A DNA stretch of 64,000 bases. Source: an uncultured Eubacteriales bacterium. Its GTDB lineage: Bacteria > Bacillota > Clostridia > Lachnospirales > JAISER01. Position 1 is the first letter of the stretch, and every line of letters begins with the position of its first letter. Positions 46,899 through 55,677 of this stretch are shown piece after piece. The notes beneath the pieces are model-generated. The model saw only the letters and a program-made list of their open reading frames with translations, was not told where the DNA came from and made no database searches. The stretch covers positions 757 through 64,756 of the forward strand of contig CAZJGG010000003.1 of NCBI GenBank assembly GCA_964545475.1, written 5' to 3'. The translations under genes and the position numbers were made by a program.

Positions 46899-48131
46899 TT
46901 ATTTTAAACAGTAAATTGTATCGGTATAAATTTTTTCTGCAATTGGAGGTAATTCATCTTTTTTTACATTTTTCATCATGTTAATAAAGTCATTTATATT
47001 ATTTTCATCATGAAGTAAAAGCTGTGAAACATAAAAATCAATGGTTGAACCCGGATAATCCTTTATTCCAACCATTTTTTTAATAAGTCCGCTTTTGCTT
47101 GCCTCAAATTCCTTATCGCTAATATTGCCTTTTTTTAGGTCTTCCAGCTGATTTAAAGAAATTTCAATAGTTTTTTCAAAGTTTTTGGAATCTACGCCTG
47201 CCTGCATAACCATAATGCCTTTAAACCTAAATAAAAAAGAACCAATACTGTAACAAAGGCTTTCTTCCTCCCGGACTTTTGCAAAAAGCCGGGAGTTAGC
47301 ACCGCCACCGAAAATTTCATTTAAAATTAAAAGCCTTAAATAATCCTCACTTACAGGCTTAACTCCTGTTCTTAAACCAATGCAAATTTTGCCTTGGTTA
47401 ACGTTCTTTTCTTCTAAAACCTTATTAGGATTATCAACCGGCTTGTAAACTATTTCCTCTTTAGGTATTTTGTCAATTTCAGAACGTTTATGAGTATACC
47501 AACCATTTAATTTATTAGCTATTATACCTTCGTTAACATCGCCCATAATAATAATTTCAATAGGGGCATGTTCAAGCAAATGTATATAATGTTCGTAGCA
47601 ATTTTTTTCATTTATGGCTTTTAAATCTTCTATTTCGCCGTCTCCGTAAATGCCGAAAGGTTCATCTTTGCACATTTCGTTTAACAAACGAAGTTTTGCG
47701 TATTCGGCTTTGTTATTTATTCTTGCGGAAATCGCATGAGTTAGGTTTTCTTTTTCGGAATCTGTATATACTTTTTTAAATCCGCCGTTTTCGCAAAGAG
47801 GGTTTAAAAGCATTTCCTTTAAAAAATCTAAGCAGTTATCAAGCTCGTCTTTAAAGCATTCAATATAAAACTCAATTATTTGATTTTCGCCTTTTTTTAT
47901 TATCTGTATTTCAAACGCCGCACCAAAAAGACGTTCTGTGTGGGCGTTTATTTCTTTCATATCTTGATACTTGTGAGAACCTCTTTGTAAAATCTGAGAT
48001 ATTAATGCGTTTTTTGCGGCGTTTTCCTTTGTAAGGGGTTGCCTTAATATTACGCATGTGTAAACAGAATTGAACTTTTCTGACGGTATTACATGGACGT
48101 TAACACCGTCTGCTATTTTAAACCCGCTCAT
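46899..48131 (-). CDS. M16-family peptidase-like protein, non-catalytic type (no HxxEH)
   Basis: 410 aa, M16 fold-like and paired with the catalytic subunit. The expected motif position reads ALISQILQRGS. Confidence 0.7.
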   Translation of the reverse strand: MSGFKIADGVNVHVIPSEKFNSVYTCVILRQPLTKENAAKNALISQILQRGSHKYQDMKEINAHTERLFGAAFEIQIIKKGENQIIEFYIECFKDELDNCLDFLKEMLLNPLCENGGFKKVYTDSEKENLTHAISARINNKAEYAKLRLLNEMCKDEPFGIYGDGEIEDLKAINEKNCYEHYIHLLEHAPIEIIIMGDVNEGIIANKLNGWYTHKRSEIDKIPKEEIVYKPVDNPNKVLEEKNVNQGKICIGLRTGVKPVSEDYLRLLILNEIFGGGANSRLFAKVREEESLCYSIGSFLFRFKGIMVMQAGVDSKNFEKTIEISLNQLEDLKKGNISDKEFEASKSGLIKKMVGIKDYPGSTIDFYVSQLLLHDENNINDFINMMKNVKKDELPPIAEKIYTDTIYCLK

Positions 48132-48135
48132 TTTA

Positions 48136-49149
48136 TCAATCCTTTAATTCAATTGAAACTGCATGTGCAATGCCAGGTATATTTTGTCCTTGTTGGCTGC
48201 TTGTTGTGCTTAAAAGTGCTCCTGTTGGAACAAACAGTATTTTCTTTATTTCTTTCTTTTTAAGTTTTGAATAATAATATCCGCAAAAAGTTACTGCAGA
48301 ACATGCGCAGCCGCTTCCTCCGGCGTGGGTGTCTTGCTTGTCCTTATTAAAAATTTCAATTCCGCAATCGGTGTAATTGTTTGAAAGCTGGAATCCTTCT
48401 TCTCCCATTAAATCTTTAACAAGCTGATGCCCAACATAACCTAAATCCCCTGTTGCTATAACGTCATAATAATCCGGAGTTCTGCCGAAGTCTTTAAAAT
48501 GTGCAGCAAGGGTTTCCGCTGCGGCAGGCGCCATGGCTGCGCCCATGTTGTTGGCATCAGATATGCCAAGGTCAACTATTTTTCCTGTTGTAACTCCAGT
48601 TACATAAGGGCCGCTTCCTGTTTTAGAAAGTATAGCAGAGCCGTCTCCTGTAACTGTCCAGGTGGCAGTAGGGGGGCGTTGACCACCTAATTCAAGAGGA
48701 AAGCGAAACTGCTTTTCTGCGGAGCAAAAATGGCTTGATGCGCCTATTAATACATTATCTGCAAATCCGCCGTCAATAAGCATAGAACCTAGGCTTAATC
48801 CCAGTCCAAAGGTCGAACATGCGCCGAATACTCCAATAAGAGGTATATCTAAACCCGTTACGCCAAAGGTTGTGCCTGTGCATTGGTTTAATAAATCCCC
48901 TGCAAGCAAATAATGCAAGTTTTTTTTAGGCATTTGCGCCTTTTTGATTATTAATTCCATTGTATCTTTAACAATTTTGCTTTCGGCTTTTTCCCAGCTG
49001 TCTTCTCCTGCAAGTGCATCGCTTAAAACAACGTCGAAATGTTTTGCAAGAGGACCTTCGCCTTCTTTAGGGCCTACTATTGAAGCAGTTTCAAGTATAG
49101 TTACAGGCCTTTCAAAAAAAACCGATTGCGCCCCAAGTCTTTTGTTCAT
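48136..49149 (-). CDS. spoVAD: Stage V sporulation protein AD
   Basis: 337 aa with a thiolase-like fold (GACSTFG, GGSGCACS). Follows spoVAC. Confidence 0.88.
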   Translation of the reverse strand: MNKRLGAQSVFFERPVTILETASIVGPKEGEGPLAKHFDVVLSDALAGEDSWEKAESKIVKDTMELIIKKAQMPKKNLHYLLAGDLLNQCTGTTFGVTGLDIPLIGVFGACSTFGLGLSLGSMLIDGGFADNVLIGASSHFCSAEKQFRFPLELGGQRPPTATWTVTGDGSAILSKTGSGPYVTGVTTGKIVDLGISDANNMGAAMAPAAAETLAAHFKDFGRTPDYYDVIATGDLGYVGHQLVKDLMGEEGFQLSNNYTDCGIEIFNKDKQDTHAGGSGCACSAVTFCGYYYSKLKKKEIKKILFVPTGALLSTTSSQQGQNIPGIAHAVSIELKD

Positions 49150-49158
49150 AATCCCACC

Positions 49159-49605
49159 TCATTTCACAAAGTAATAAATTAAACCTACTATTACCGATGT
49201 TAAAACCCCATATAATATTACAGGACCAGCTACTAAAAATATTTTTGCGCCAACACCAAGAATGTAGCCCTCTTTTTTAAATTCTATGGCTGGAGCGGCA
49301 ACGGAATTTGCAAAGCCTGTAATAGGAACGACAGAACCTGCTCCGGCAAATTTGCCGAATTTATCGTAAACACCAAAGCCTGTTAATAAAACGGCGATTA
49401 AAATAAGAATAATAGAGGTATACATGCTTGCGTCGTCTTTTTCAAAGCCACGGTTAACAAAATAATTATTAATAAATTGCCCAACTGTGCAAATAAAACC
49501 GCCAACTAAAAACGCCTTTAAGCAATCGGAAACGATATTTGAATTTGGTGAGGCTTTTTCAACCATTTTTTTATATTTATCTTTGCCTTTTTGAGTTTTG
49601 TCCAT
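49159..49605 (-). CDS. spoVAC: Stage V sporulation protein AC
   Basis: 148 aa. Aligns to B. subtilis SpoVAC as I remember it (CLKAFLVGGFICTVGQ, FAGAGSVVPITGFANS). Confidence 0.88.
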   Translation of the reverse strand: MDKTQKGKDKYKKMVEKASPNSNIVSDCLKAFLVGGFICTVGQFINNYFVNRGFEKDDASMYTSIILILIAVLLTGFGVYDKFGKFAGAGSVVPITGFANSVAAPAIEFKKEGYILGVGAKIFLVAGPVILYGVLTSVIVGLIYYFVK

Positions 49606-49625
49606 AGCAAATCATTCCTTTTTGT

Positions 49626-50060
49626 TTATTGCGGCTTGTAAAAGCCCGGTACTGTAAAATACAATATTGAACCGACAAATTTGCCTATTGCTATGCATAA
49701 AATAAAATAAAATATACCTTGCTGAATTCTTGCTCGCCTTGTAAAAATGGGAATAACGTTTAGAACCTCTGCTAAAGACATTGCTAGAACGCCTAAGAAC
49801 ACGCCGCCGCAAAAAGAAAGTAAAGAGCCGACAAAAATGTTTATTTGTGTTTTAAAGTGTAGGGCATCAATGGCAGCACCTGAAATTCCTCCAAGCATAA
49901 CGGCTTCTTCGTAAAGCCTAGCATACTGTTCCGTCTTAGTTTTTTGCGCAAGCCGGGGGATTACGCCTATTACGGCAATAAAAGCATAAACACCTCCGGC
50001 AATGATAACGCCGCCGGAAAAGGCTAAAAACATGCCGCATAAATATTTTAAATAAAACAC
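49626..50060 (-). CDS. spoVAB: Stage V sporulation protein AB
   Basis: 144 aa. Contains GVIPRLAQKTKT and AEVLNVIPI blocks as in B. subtilis SpoVAB. Confidence 0.8.
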   Translation of the reverse strand: MFYLKYLCGMFLAFSGGVIIAGGVYAFIAVIGVIPRLAQKTKTEQYARLYEEAVMLGGISGAAIDALHFKTQINIFVGSLLSFCGGVFLGVLAMSLAEVLNVIPIFTRRARIQQGIFYFILCIAIGKFVGSILYFTVPGFYKPQ

Positions 50061-50061
50061 G

Positions 50062-50709
50062 CTATTCCCCCTTGTTTTTCTTTAATGTGTCTAACATGTC
50101 AATCATTGTGTCAGAGACATCGGCTTCATATTTGGTGATTTCGACTTCAATTGGGGTAGGGTCGTTAGTAATAGCCTTACCAAGAAAATGGTTAAAAAAC
50201 ATTATTATACCTGAAGTAAGCCCGATAGAATAAGCCACTTCTAAGGCAATAGGATGCTTTGTTTCCTGCCCAAATATAAGCTTATGAGTGTTTTCAAAAA
50301 CCTCACTCATTTGGGCATCGGAATAAAAACTCATAATGGCAATGCCAGAGCCTACGAACAAAACAACGCATACAAAGGCAATTTTTGACCATTTGTAAAG
50401 TTTGTTGTCTTCGCTTTTAGTAGGGGAATATTCAATATAAGTATCCATTTCGCCAACGTTAACAACGCTTGCATCTGGGTATTTCTTTTTAATTTGCTTA
50501 ATAATGTCCGTAATGGTTACAAGATAACTTTGTTTCTGATCTTTTTTCTTTTTATTAAGAAGAGATTGGTTATCAATTTCAATAAGCTTTACGCTGTTTA
50601 TGGTGTCTGCAACGTCTTTTGTTGCTAAAACCTCGCAAATATCTTTAATCGTAATTTCCGAAAGGTTTGTTAAAGTTGCCTTTTTCATGGGCTTTAAGTA
50701 AATATCCAT
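50062..50709 (-). CDS. spoVAA: Stage V sporulation protein AA
   Basis: Track ORF 50062..50778. I moved the start to ATG 50709, with GAGGAG about 9 nt upstream. The C-terminal TM pair plus IGLTSGIIMFFNHF and PIEVEITKYE resemble B. subtilis SpoVAA. Confidence 0.7.
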   Translation of the reverse strand: MDIYLKPMKKATLTNLSEITIKDICEVLATKDVADTINSVKLIEIDNQSLLNKKKKDQKQSYLVTITDIIKQIKKKYPDASVVNVGEMDTYIEYSPTKSEDNKLYKWSKIAFVCVVLFVGSGIAIMSFYSDAQMSEVFENTHKLIFGQETKHPIALEVAYSIGLTSGIIMFFNHFLGKAITNDPTPIEVEITKYEADVSDTMIDMLDTLKKNKGE

Positions 50710-50926
50710 GAAGTAACACTCCTCTGTAGGATGGTGGTTTTTTAAAATTTTTGTTATAGACAAAGTATGAAATACCAAATAATAATGATATTATGACCAC
50801 AAGCTTAATAAAAAAAACAAGTCTTTTTTTTCCAATCAATTAAGATAACCTCCTAAAACATTAATACGGTTATTGACAATTATATCCACTTGATAGTACT
50901 ATATATTCAATGTTCAAAATTTGTTG

Positions 50927-51029
50927 TATAGCAATTTTCTAATTAGCAGTCCAATGAATCACGGCGCATTAGCGCAAACGCTGTAGGCGTTTAGTGATTA
51001 ATTGGACTACATTAAATAAAATTGCTATA
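50927..51029. other. Nested-stem (Y-shaped) palindromic element in the spoVAA/dpaA intergenic region
   Basis: Outer stem TATAGCAATTTT / AAAATTGCTATA. Inner stem GTCCAATGAATCAC / GTGATTAATTGGAC with 1 mismatch. These enclose two mini-hairpins, GCGC-ATTA-GCGC and AAACGC-TGTAG-GCGTTT. Confidence 0.6.
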
Positions 51030-51150
51030 TACATAATTTAATTGAAGGATTGTTTTAAAATAGAACACGCCCTTAATTGAATAAGCATAAGATATTAATA
51101 ATTACTCTAAGCATTTTTCAAAGCTATACAAGCAATGAAAAGGCTTCTGA

Positions 51151-52062
51151 ATGGGAGTGAATGAATTGTATCATAATAAATTTCTTGTTTTAGGCGGAGA
51201 TATGAGAAACATCTCACTTTCTAGTCATTTGCAGGAAGATAACAACAAAGTTATGGTTTACGGCTTTTCCTCGCTTTCACCTGAAGAATTTCCACATCTT
51301 ATGTTTTCAAAAAATATGCAAAAGGCAATAAAAAATGCGGAAGTGGTTATCGGACCGATACCGTGCTGCAGCGAAAAAAACATTTTAAACACTCCTTTTC
51401 ATAAACAGTCAATTTCAATAGATTCAATTTTTGAGGCTATGGACAGCAGACAGATTTTTGTTGCAGGCAGAATTGACAAAGAAGTTTTTGAAAAGGCGAA
51501 AGAGAAAAAAATAATTATTTATGACGTGCTTGAAAGAAACGAAATGGCCATTTTAAACGCAATTCCTACAGCGGAAGGCGCTATACAAATTGCGTTTGAA
51601 CAAACAAAAATCACTTTGCATGGTGCAAATATTTTAGTCATCGGTTTTGGGCGGATTGGTAAAATATTATCAAAGATGCTCAAAGGAATCGGGGCAAACG
51701 TTTTTGGTGCTACCAGGCGTTATGACGATTATGCTTCAATGGTAAGTTATGGCTACAATCCATTGATGCTTTCAGAATTAAACGGATACCTTTCTAAAAT
51801 GGACGTTATTATTAATACTGCGCCTCATGTTCTTATTGATAAAAGCAACATTAAATTTATTAAAAAGGATTGCTTAATAATTGATTTAGCCTCTGCGCCT
51901 TACGGGGTGGACTTTGAGGAATGCAAAAGAGAGGGTATAAATGCGGTTTTGGCAGGCTCTCTGCCCGGCAAGGTTGCGCCTATAAGTGCCGCAAAATATA
52001 TTAAGGAGACAGTTTATAATATTTTATGCGAAAGGATTGAAAAATATGGATTTGAAAAATAA
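51151..52062 (+). CDS. dpaA: Dipicolinate synthase subunit A
   Basis: 303 aa. Contains the NAD-binding VIGFGRIGK and is followed by an overlapping dpaB. The exact start is uncertain. Confidence 0.85.
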   Translation: MGVNELYHNKFLVLGGDMRNISLSSHLQEDNNKVMVYGFSSLSPEEFPHLMFSKNMQKAIKNAEVVIGPIPCCSEKNILNTPFHKQSISIDSIFEAMDSRQIFVAGRIDKEVFEKAKEKKIIIYDVLERNEMAILNAIPTAEGAIQIAFEQTKITLHGANILVIGFGRIGKILSKMLKGIGANVFGATRRYDDYASMVSYGYNPLMLSELNGYLSKMDVIINTAPHVLIDKSNIKFIKKDCLIIDLASAPYGVDFEECKREGINAVLAGSLPGKVAPISAAKYIKETVYNILCERIEKYGFEK

Positions 52063-52624
52063 AACCATAGGTTTTGCGATAACAGGCTCGTTTTGTACAC
52101 ATGATAAAATTATACCAGTAGTTGAAAAGTTAGTAAATTCAGGAGCAAATGTTATTCCTATAATATCAGAAATAACAAGTTGCACAGATACAAGGTTCGG
52201 CACGGCTGCGGATTTTAAGAAGAAGCTTGTTGAAATTACTAAAAATGAAATTATTGATTCTGTTGTTACAGCAGAGCCCATTGGTCCTAAAAAACTTTTG
52301 GATATTTTGGTTATTGCGCCGGCTTCCGGCAATACTATAGCTAAATTAGCTAATGCGATAACAGATTCTACAGTTACAATGGCTGCTAAGGCTCATTTAC
52401 GCAATGAAAGCCCTCTTGTAATTGGAATTTCCACAAACGACGGCCTTGGAGGAAACGCAAAAAACATCGGTCTTTTGCTTAATATAAACAATATTTATTT
52501 TGTCCCCTTTGGGCAGGATGATGCTATAAAGAAATCCAAATCATTAGTAGCGGATTTTAATTTAATTCCCGATACTCTTGAAAAAGCATTGGAAGGAAAG
52601 CAAATTCAGCCACTTTTGATTTAA
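52046..52624 (+). CDS. dpaB: Dipicolinate synthase subunit B (flavoprotein)
   Basis: I placed the start at ATG 52046, overlapping dpaA by 17 nt. Contains IGFAITGSFCT and APASGNTIAKLANAITD motifs. Confidence 0.85.
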   Translation: MDLKNKTIGFAITGSFCTHDKIIPVVEKLVNSGANVIPIISEITSCTDTRFGTAADFKKKLVEITKNEIIDSVVTAEPIGPKKLLDILVIAPASGNTIAKLANAITDSTVTMAAKAHLRNESPLVIGISTNDGLGGNAKNIGLLLNINNIYFVPFGQDDAIKKSKSLVADFNLIPDTLEKALEGKQIQPLLI

Positions 52625-52667
52625 ATATTTATCCGTATACATCAAATTCGGGAAAGGAGTTGGGGAG

Positions 52668-53663
52668 ATGTCAGCAACATTATTGGAAGAATACAGAAAC
52701 GGCATACTTGAAACAATTCATAAAGGCATTGTATGCATTATTGATAAAGATAGGAGCATAAAGCATATAGGAGATCACAATACGCTTATGTTTTACCGCT
52801 CATGCAGCAAGCCTATTCAAATTTTACCTTTTATATTAAATGGGTTGCACGAGAAATATGATATTAAACCAGAGGAAATAGCAATAATGTGTTCTTCCCA
52901 CCATGGAAACCCGGAGCATGTTGAAGTTTTGGAAAGCCTTGCAAAAAGGCTTGGTTTAAACGAAGATATGTTCGTTATGAAACCAACTTACCCAATAAAC
53001 TTAAACAGCAAAACTGCGGTTATAAAAAATGGCTTGCCCCCGAGAAAAGTTTACCACAACTGCTTTGGCAAGCATATAGGGCTTATTCTTCTTGCCCGAC
53101 ATTACGGCATAAAAGAAGAAAACTACTGGCATGGGGACAATAAAATTGTTTATGCAATAAAAGAGCTTATATCTTATTTGGCGGAAGTTAACGCTGACGA
53201 TATAAAAACCGGAACAGACGGTTGCGGTGTGCCTGTTTTTGCAGTTCCAATGGAAAAAATTGCTCTATCTTATTTAAAATATGCACGCCCTGAGCTTATT
53301 AATGACGAAAGCGTTAGAAAAGCAACTCAAATAGTGTGGGATTCCATTCATGAAAAACCGTCAATGATATGCGGTGAAGGGGAAGCTGTATCAGAGCTTT
53401 CTGCAAGCCCAAATATATTAGCTAAAGATGGGGCAGGGGGGCTTATAACAATGGGGCTTCGCAAAGAGGGGCTTGGCATTGTTATCCGCCTTCAAGACGG
53501 AGCGCACCACAGGCTTCCTCAAATTGCCTATTCTGTTCTTGAAAAAATTAGCTATGAAGATAAGGAACTTATAAACAGGCTTAAAAACTTATCTCCTATG
53601 GCTGTATATAATGAAAACGACGATATAGTGGGGGATATTAAAGCTCCATTTACATTAAAGTAA
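52668..53663 (+). CDS. Asparaginase-II-like (PF06089-type) protein
   Basis: 331 aa. Contains YRSCSKPIQ, SSHHG and DGCGVP motifs typical of the Rhizobium-type asparaginase family. Confidence 0.65.
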   Translation: MSATLLEEYRNGILETIHKGIVCIIDKDRSIKHIGDHNTLMFYRSCSKPIQILPFILNGLHEKYDIKPEEIAIMCSSHHGNPEHVEVLESLAKRLGLNEDMFVMKPTYPINLNSKTAVIKNGLPPRKVYHNCFGKHIGLILLARHYGIKEENYWHGDNKIVYAIKELISYLAEVNADDIKTGTDGCGVPVFAVPMEKIALSYLKYARPELINDESVRKATQIVWDSIHEKPSMICGEGEAVSELSASPNILAKDGAGGLITMGLRKEGLGIVIRLQDGAHHRLPQIAYSVLEKISYEDKELINRLKNLSPMAVYNENDDIVGDIKAPFTLK

Positions 53664-53671
53664 AATAAAAA

Positions 53672-53719
53672 GCGGCAAACACATGTATACAGCAGGGCTG
53701 TATTGTGTTTGCCGCTTTT
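53672..53719 (+). terminator. Intrinsic terminator
   Basis: GCGGCAAACACA, structured loop, TGTGTTTGCCGC, followed by TTTT. Confidence 0.8.
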
Positions 53720-53749
53720 AAGTTCTATAAAAATCTACTGATATGCTTT

Positions 53750-53959
53750 TTAATCATTGTCTTTTTTTCGTATCTCAATTAAGCCTGCAATGCAAGTTCC
53801 AACAATTATACCTAAAAAGACTAAAACATATGTATCATGTCTTTCTTGAAAATAAACAGGTAAAAAGGGATAAAAAATTGAAAGACATATTCCTAATAAT
53901 GCCGTGCAAAGAATATTTGTTATATAATGTTTAATTTTATTCTTATTATTAGGTTTCAT
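53750..53959 (-). CDS. Small two-TM membrane protein (hypothetical)
   Basis: Track ORF 53750..53977. I moved the start to ATG 53959, with GAGGAG 10 nt upstream. Two hydrophobic helices are present. Confidence 0.45.
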   Translation of the reverse strand: MKPNNKNKIKHYITNILCTALLGICLSIFYPFLPVYFQERHDTYVLVFLGIIVGTCIAGLIEIRKKDND

Positions 53960-54000
53960 TTTTGAAAATCTCCTCACCGCATTGTAAATTGCTTAAGGCC

Positions 54001-54182
54001 CCTTCCTTAGAGCCTGTTTAGAATCTCCATTTCAGTGTCTTTTCGGCAAATTTTCCGAATCGCTGCGTCAGTGGCAAACGCCCATACTTCTTCTAGTATG
54101 AACGTTCACCACTTCCTTGCGATTCAAAAAATTTGCTCAAAAATCCACTAAAAGCGAGATTCCAAACAGGCTCTTAGAAAGG
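54001..54182. repeat. Palindromic (MITE/REP-like) intergenic repeat, copy B
   Basis: About 182 bp of imperfect palindrome. The outer arms are CCTTCCTTAGAGCCTGTTTAGAATCTC and GAGATTCCAAACAGGCTCTTAGAAAGG. The core is homologous to 32238-32399. Confidence 0.85.
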
Positions 54183-54272
54183 TTTCCGGGTTGTCGAGGG
54201 CGCCAACCCCTACATTTATGCCAAATCTATAGCTATTAAAAAAATAATGATGTACCGAACAACTCGCAGTGC

Positions 54273-55661
54273 TTACTTAATAGATGCAAATGACTTGCAA
54301 AGCTCATACAACGTAGTTATTCCTGCTCCTGTTGCCCCTATGTTTTGGAATTCCCATTTTTGAGTGCTTACCCAAGCTGTACCAGCAATATCAATATGCA
54401 TCCAAGGCAGGTCTTCATTAAAACATGAAAGAAATTGCCCAGCCGCTATTGTGGCGCAGCCCTCTTCAGAGCTGTTTTTTATGTCAGCGGCACGGCTTTC
54501 ATTTAGTTTGGCATATTCATCAAAAGTAGGAAGGCGCCAGTATTGCTCTCCGGTGTCTTTAGAAGCATTGTTAAGTCTGTTGAAAAATTCATCGTCATTA
54601 GAAAGCACAGCGGCAGTTGTAAACCCAAACATTAACACAACTCCCCCTGTTAATGTGGCAATATCCACAATTCTAGTTGCTCCGGCTTTTGATACTGCAT
54701 AAGTTATGGCATCTGCCAAGACAAGCCGCCCTTCGGCATCAGTATTGGCGATTTCAATGGTTTTTCCGCTCATGGAAGTAACAACGTCTCCAACCAAGAA
54801 GCTATCTCTTGATATGCGGTTTTCCGCCGCCGGAATAACAGCAGTAACATTAACGTGAACTTTATTTTTAGCAAGAGCAGTTATACAGCCCCAAACAGCC
54901 GCCGCCCCTGCCATATCTCCTCTTATGCCTTTCATAGAAAGAACAGGCTTTAAGCAATATCCTCCTGTGTCGCAGGTTATGCCCTTGCCTACAAGCCCTA
55001 TAACTTCTTTGCTCTCCGGCGCACCTTTATAGGTTAAAACCGCCATACGAGGAAGGTTTCCTGCGCTTCCGCCAACAGCCAGCAAAGCATTCATACCCAG
55101 CTCTTTCATTTGTTTATCATCTAATATTTCAACAGTGCATCCGGCTTTTTCAGCCAAATCAGCCATTCTTGCCGTCATTGTATCAGGAGTAAGCATGTTT
55201 GCCGGTTCGTTTACCATATCCCGAGCTATTAAAACGCTTTCTGCTATAGCAGATATTTCAGACAGCTTATTAAAGTCTTTTTCCCCATTTGGTAAATCGA
55301 GGTAAACAGTAAGTTCGTTTATTGTGTTAGTGCTTTTCCAGTTTTTCGGTTTGTAAAGGGTAAGTGCAACGCTTTCGTATGCAAAAACGGCGGCTTTTTC
55401 ACCAAAAAGTTCAGCTAAAGCTTTAAGGCGAATAACAACGGATTTCCCTCCGTTTAACTGAACATGTTTTATACCTGCCGCAACAGCACGCCTTACTAAC
55501 AGTGAGGAAAGTTTTTCCTTATCCCCCAAACATACCGTAGCGCAAGGCATTTGTCCGTCATTAAAAGAGCAGTTAATATTAAGCAAATTATTATTTTCAT
55601 TGTTTTTTAAGGCAAAATCAATTTGCCATTGTGCAGCTTCGTTGTTCCAGTAAGTAATCAT
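54273..55661 (-). CDS. pepA: Leucyl aminopeptidase (M17)
   Basis: 462 aa. Contains VGKGITCDTGGY and NTDAEGRLVLAD, the M17 signature. Confidence 0.92.
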   Translation of the reverse strand: MITYWNNEAAQWQIDFALKNNENNNLLNINCSFNDGQMPCATVCLGDKEKLSSLLVRRAVAAGIKHVQLNGGKSVVIRLKALAELFGEKAAVFAYESVALTLYKPKNWKSTNTINELTVYLDLPNGEKDFNKLSEISAIAESVLIARDMVNEPANMLTPDTMTARMADLAEKAGCTVEILDDKQMKELGMNALLAVGGSAGNLPRMAVLTYKGAPESKEVIGLVGKGITCDTGGYCLKPVLSMKGIRGDMAGAAAVWGCITALAKNKVHVNVTAVIPAAENRISRDSFLVGDVVTSMSGKTIEIANTDAEGRLVLADAITYAVSKAGATRIVDIATLTGGVVLMFGFTTAAVLSNDDEFFNRLNNASKDTGEQYWRLPTFDEYAKLNESRAADIKNSSEEGCATIAAGQFLSCFNEDLPWMHIDIAGTAWVSTQKWEFQNIGATGAGITTLYELCKSFASIK

Positions 55662-55677
55662 TTAAACATCTCCATAA

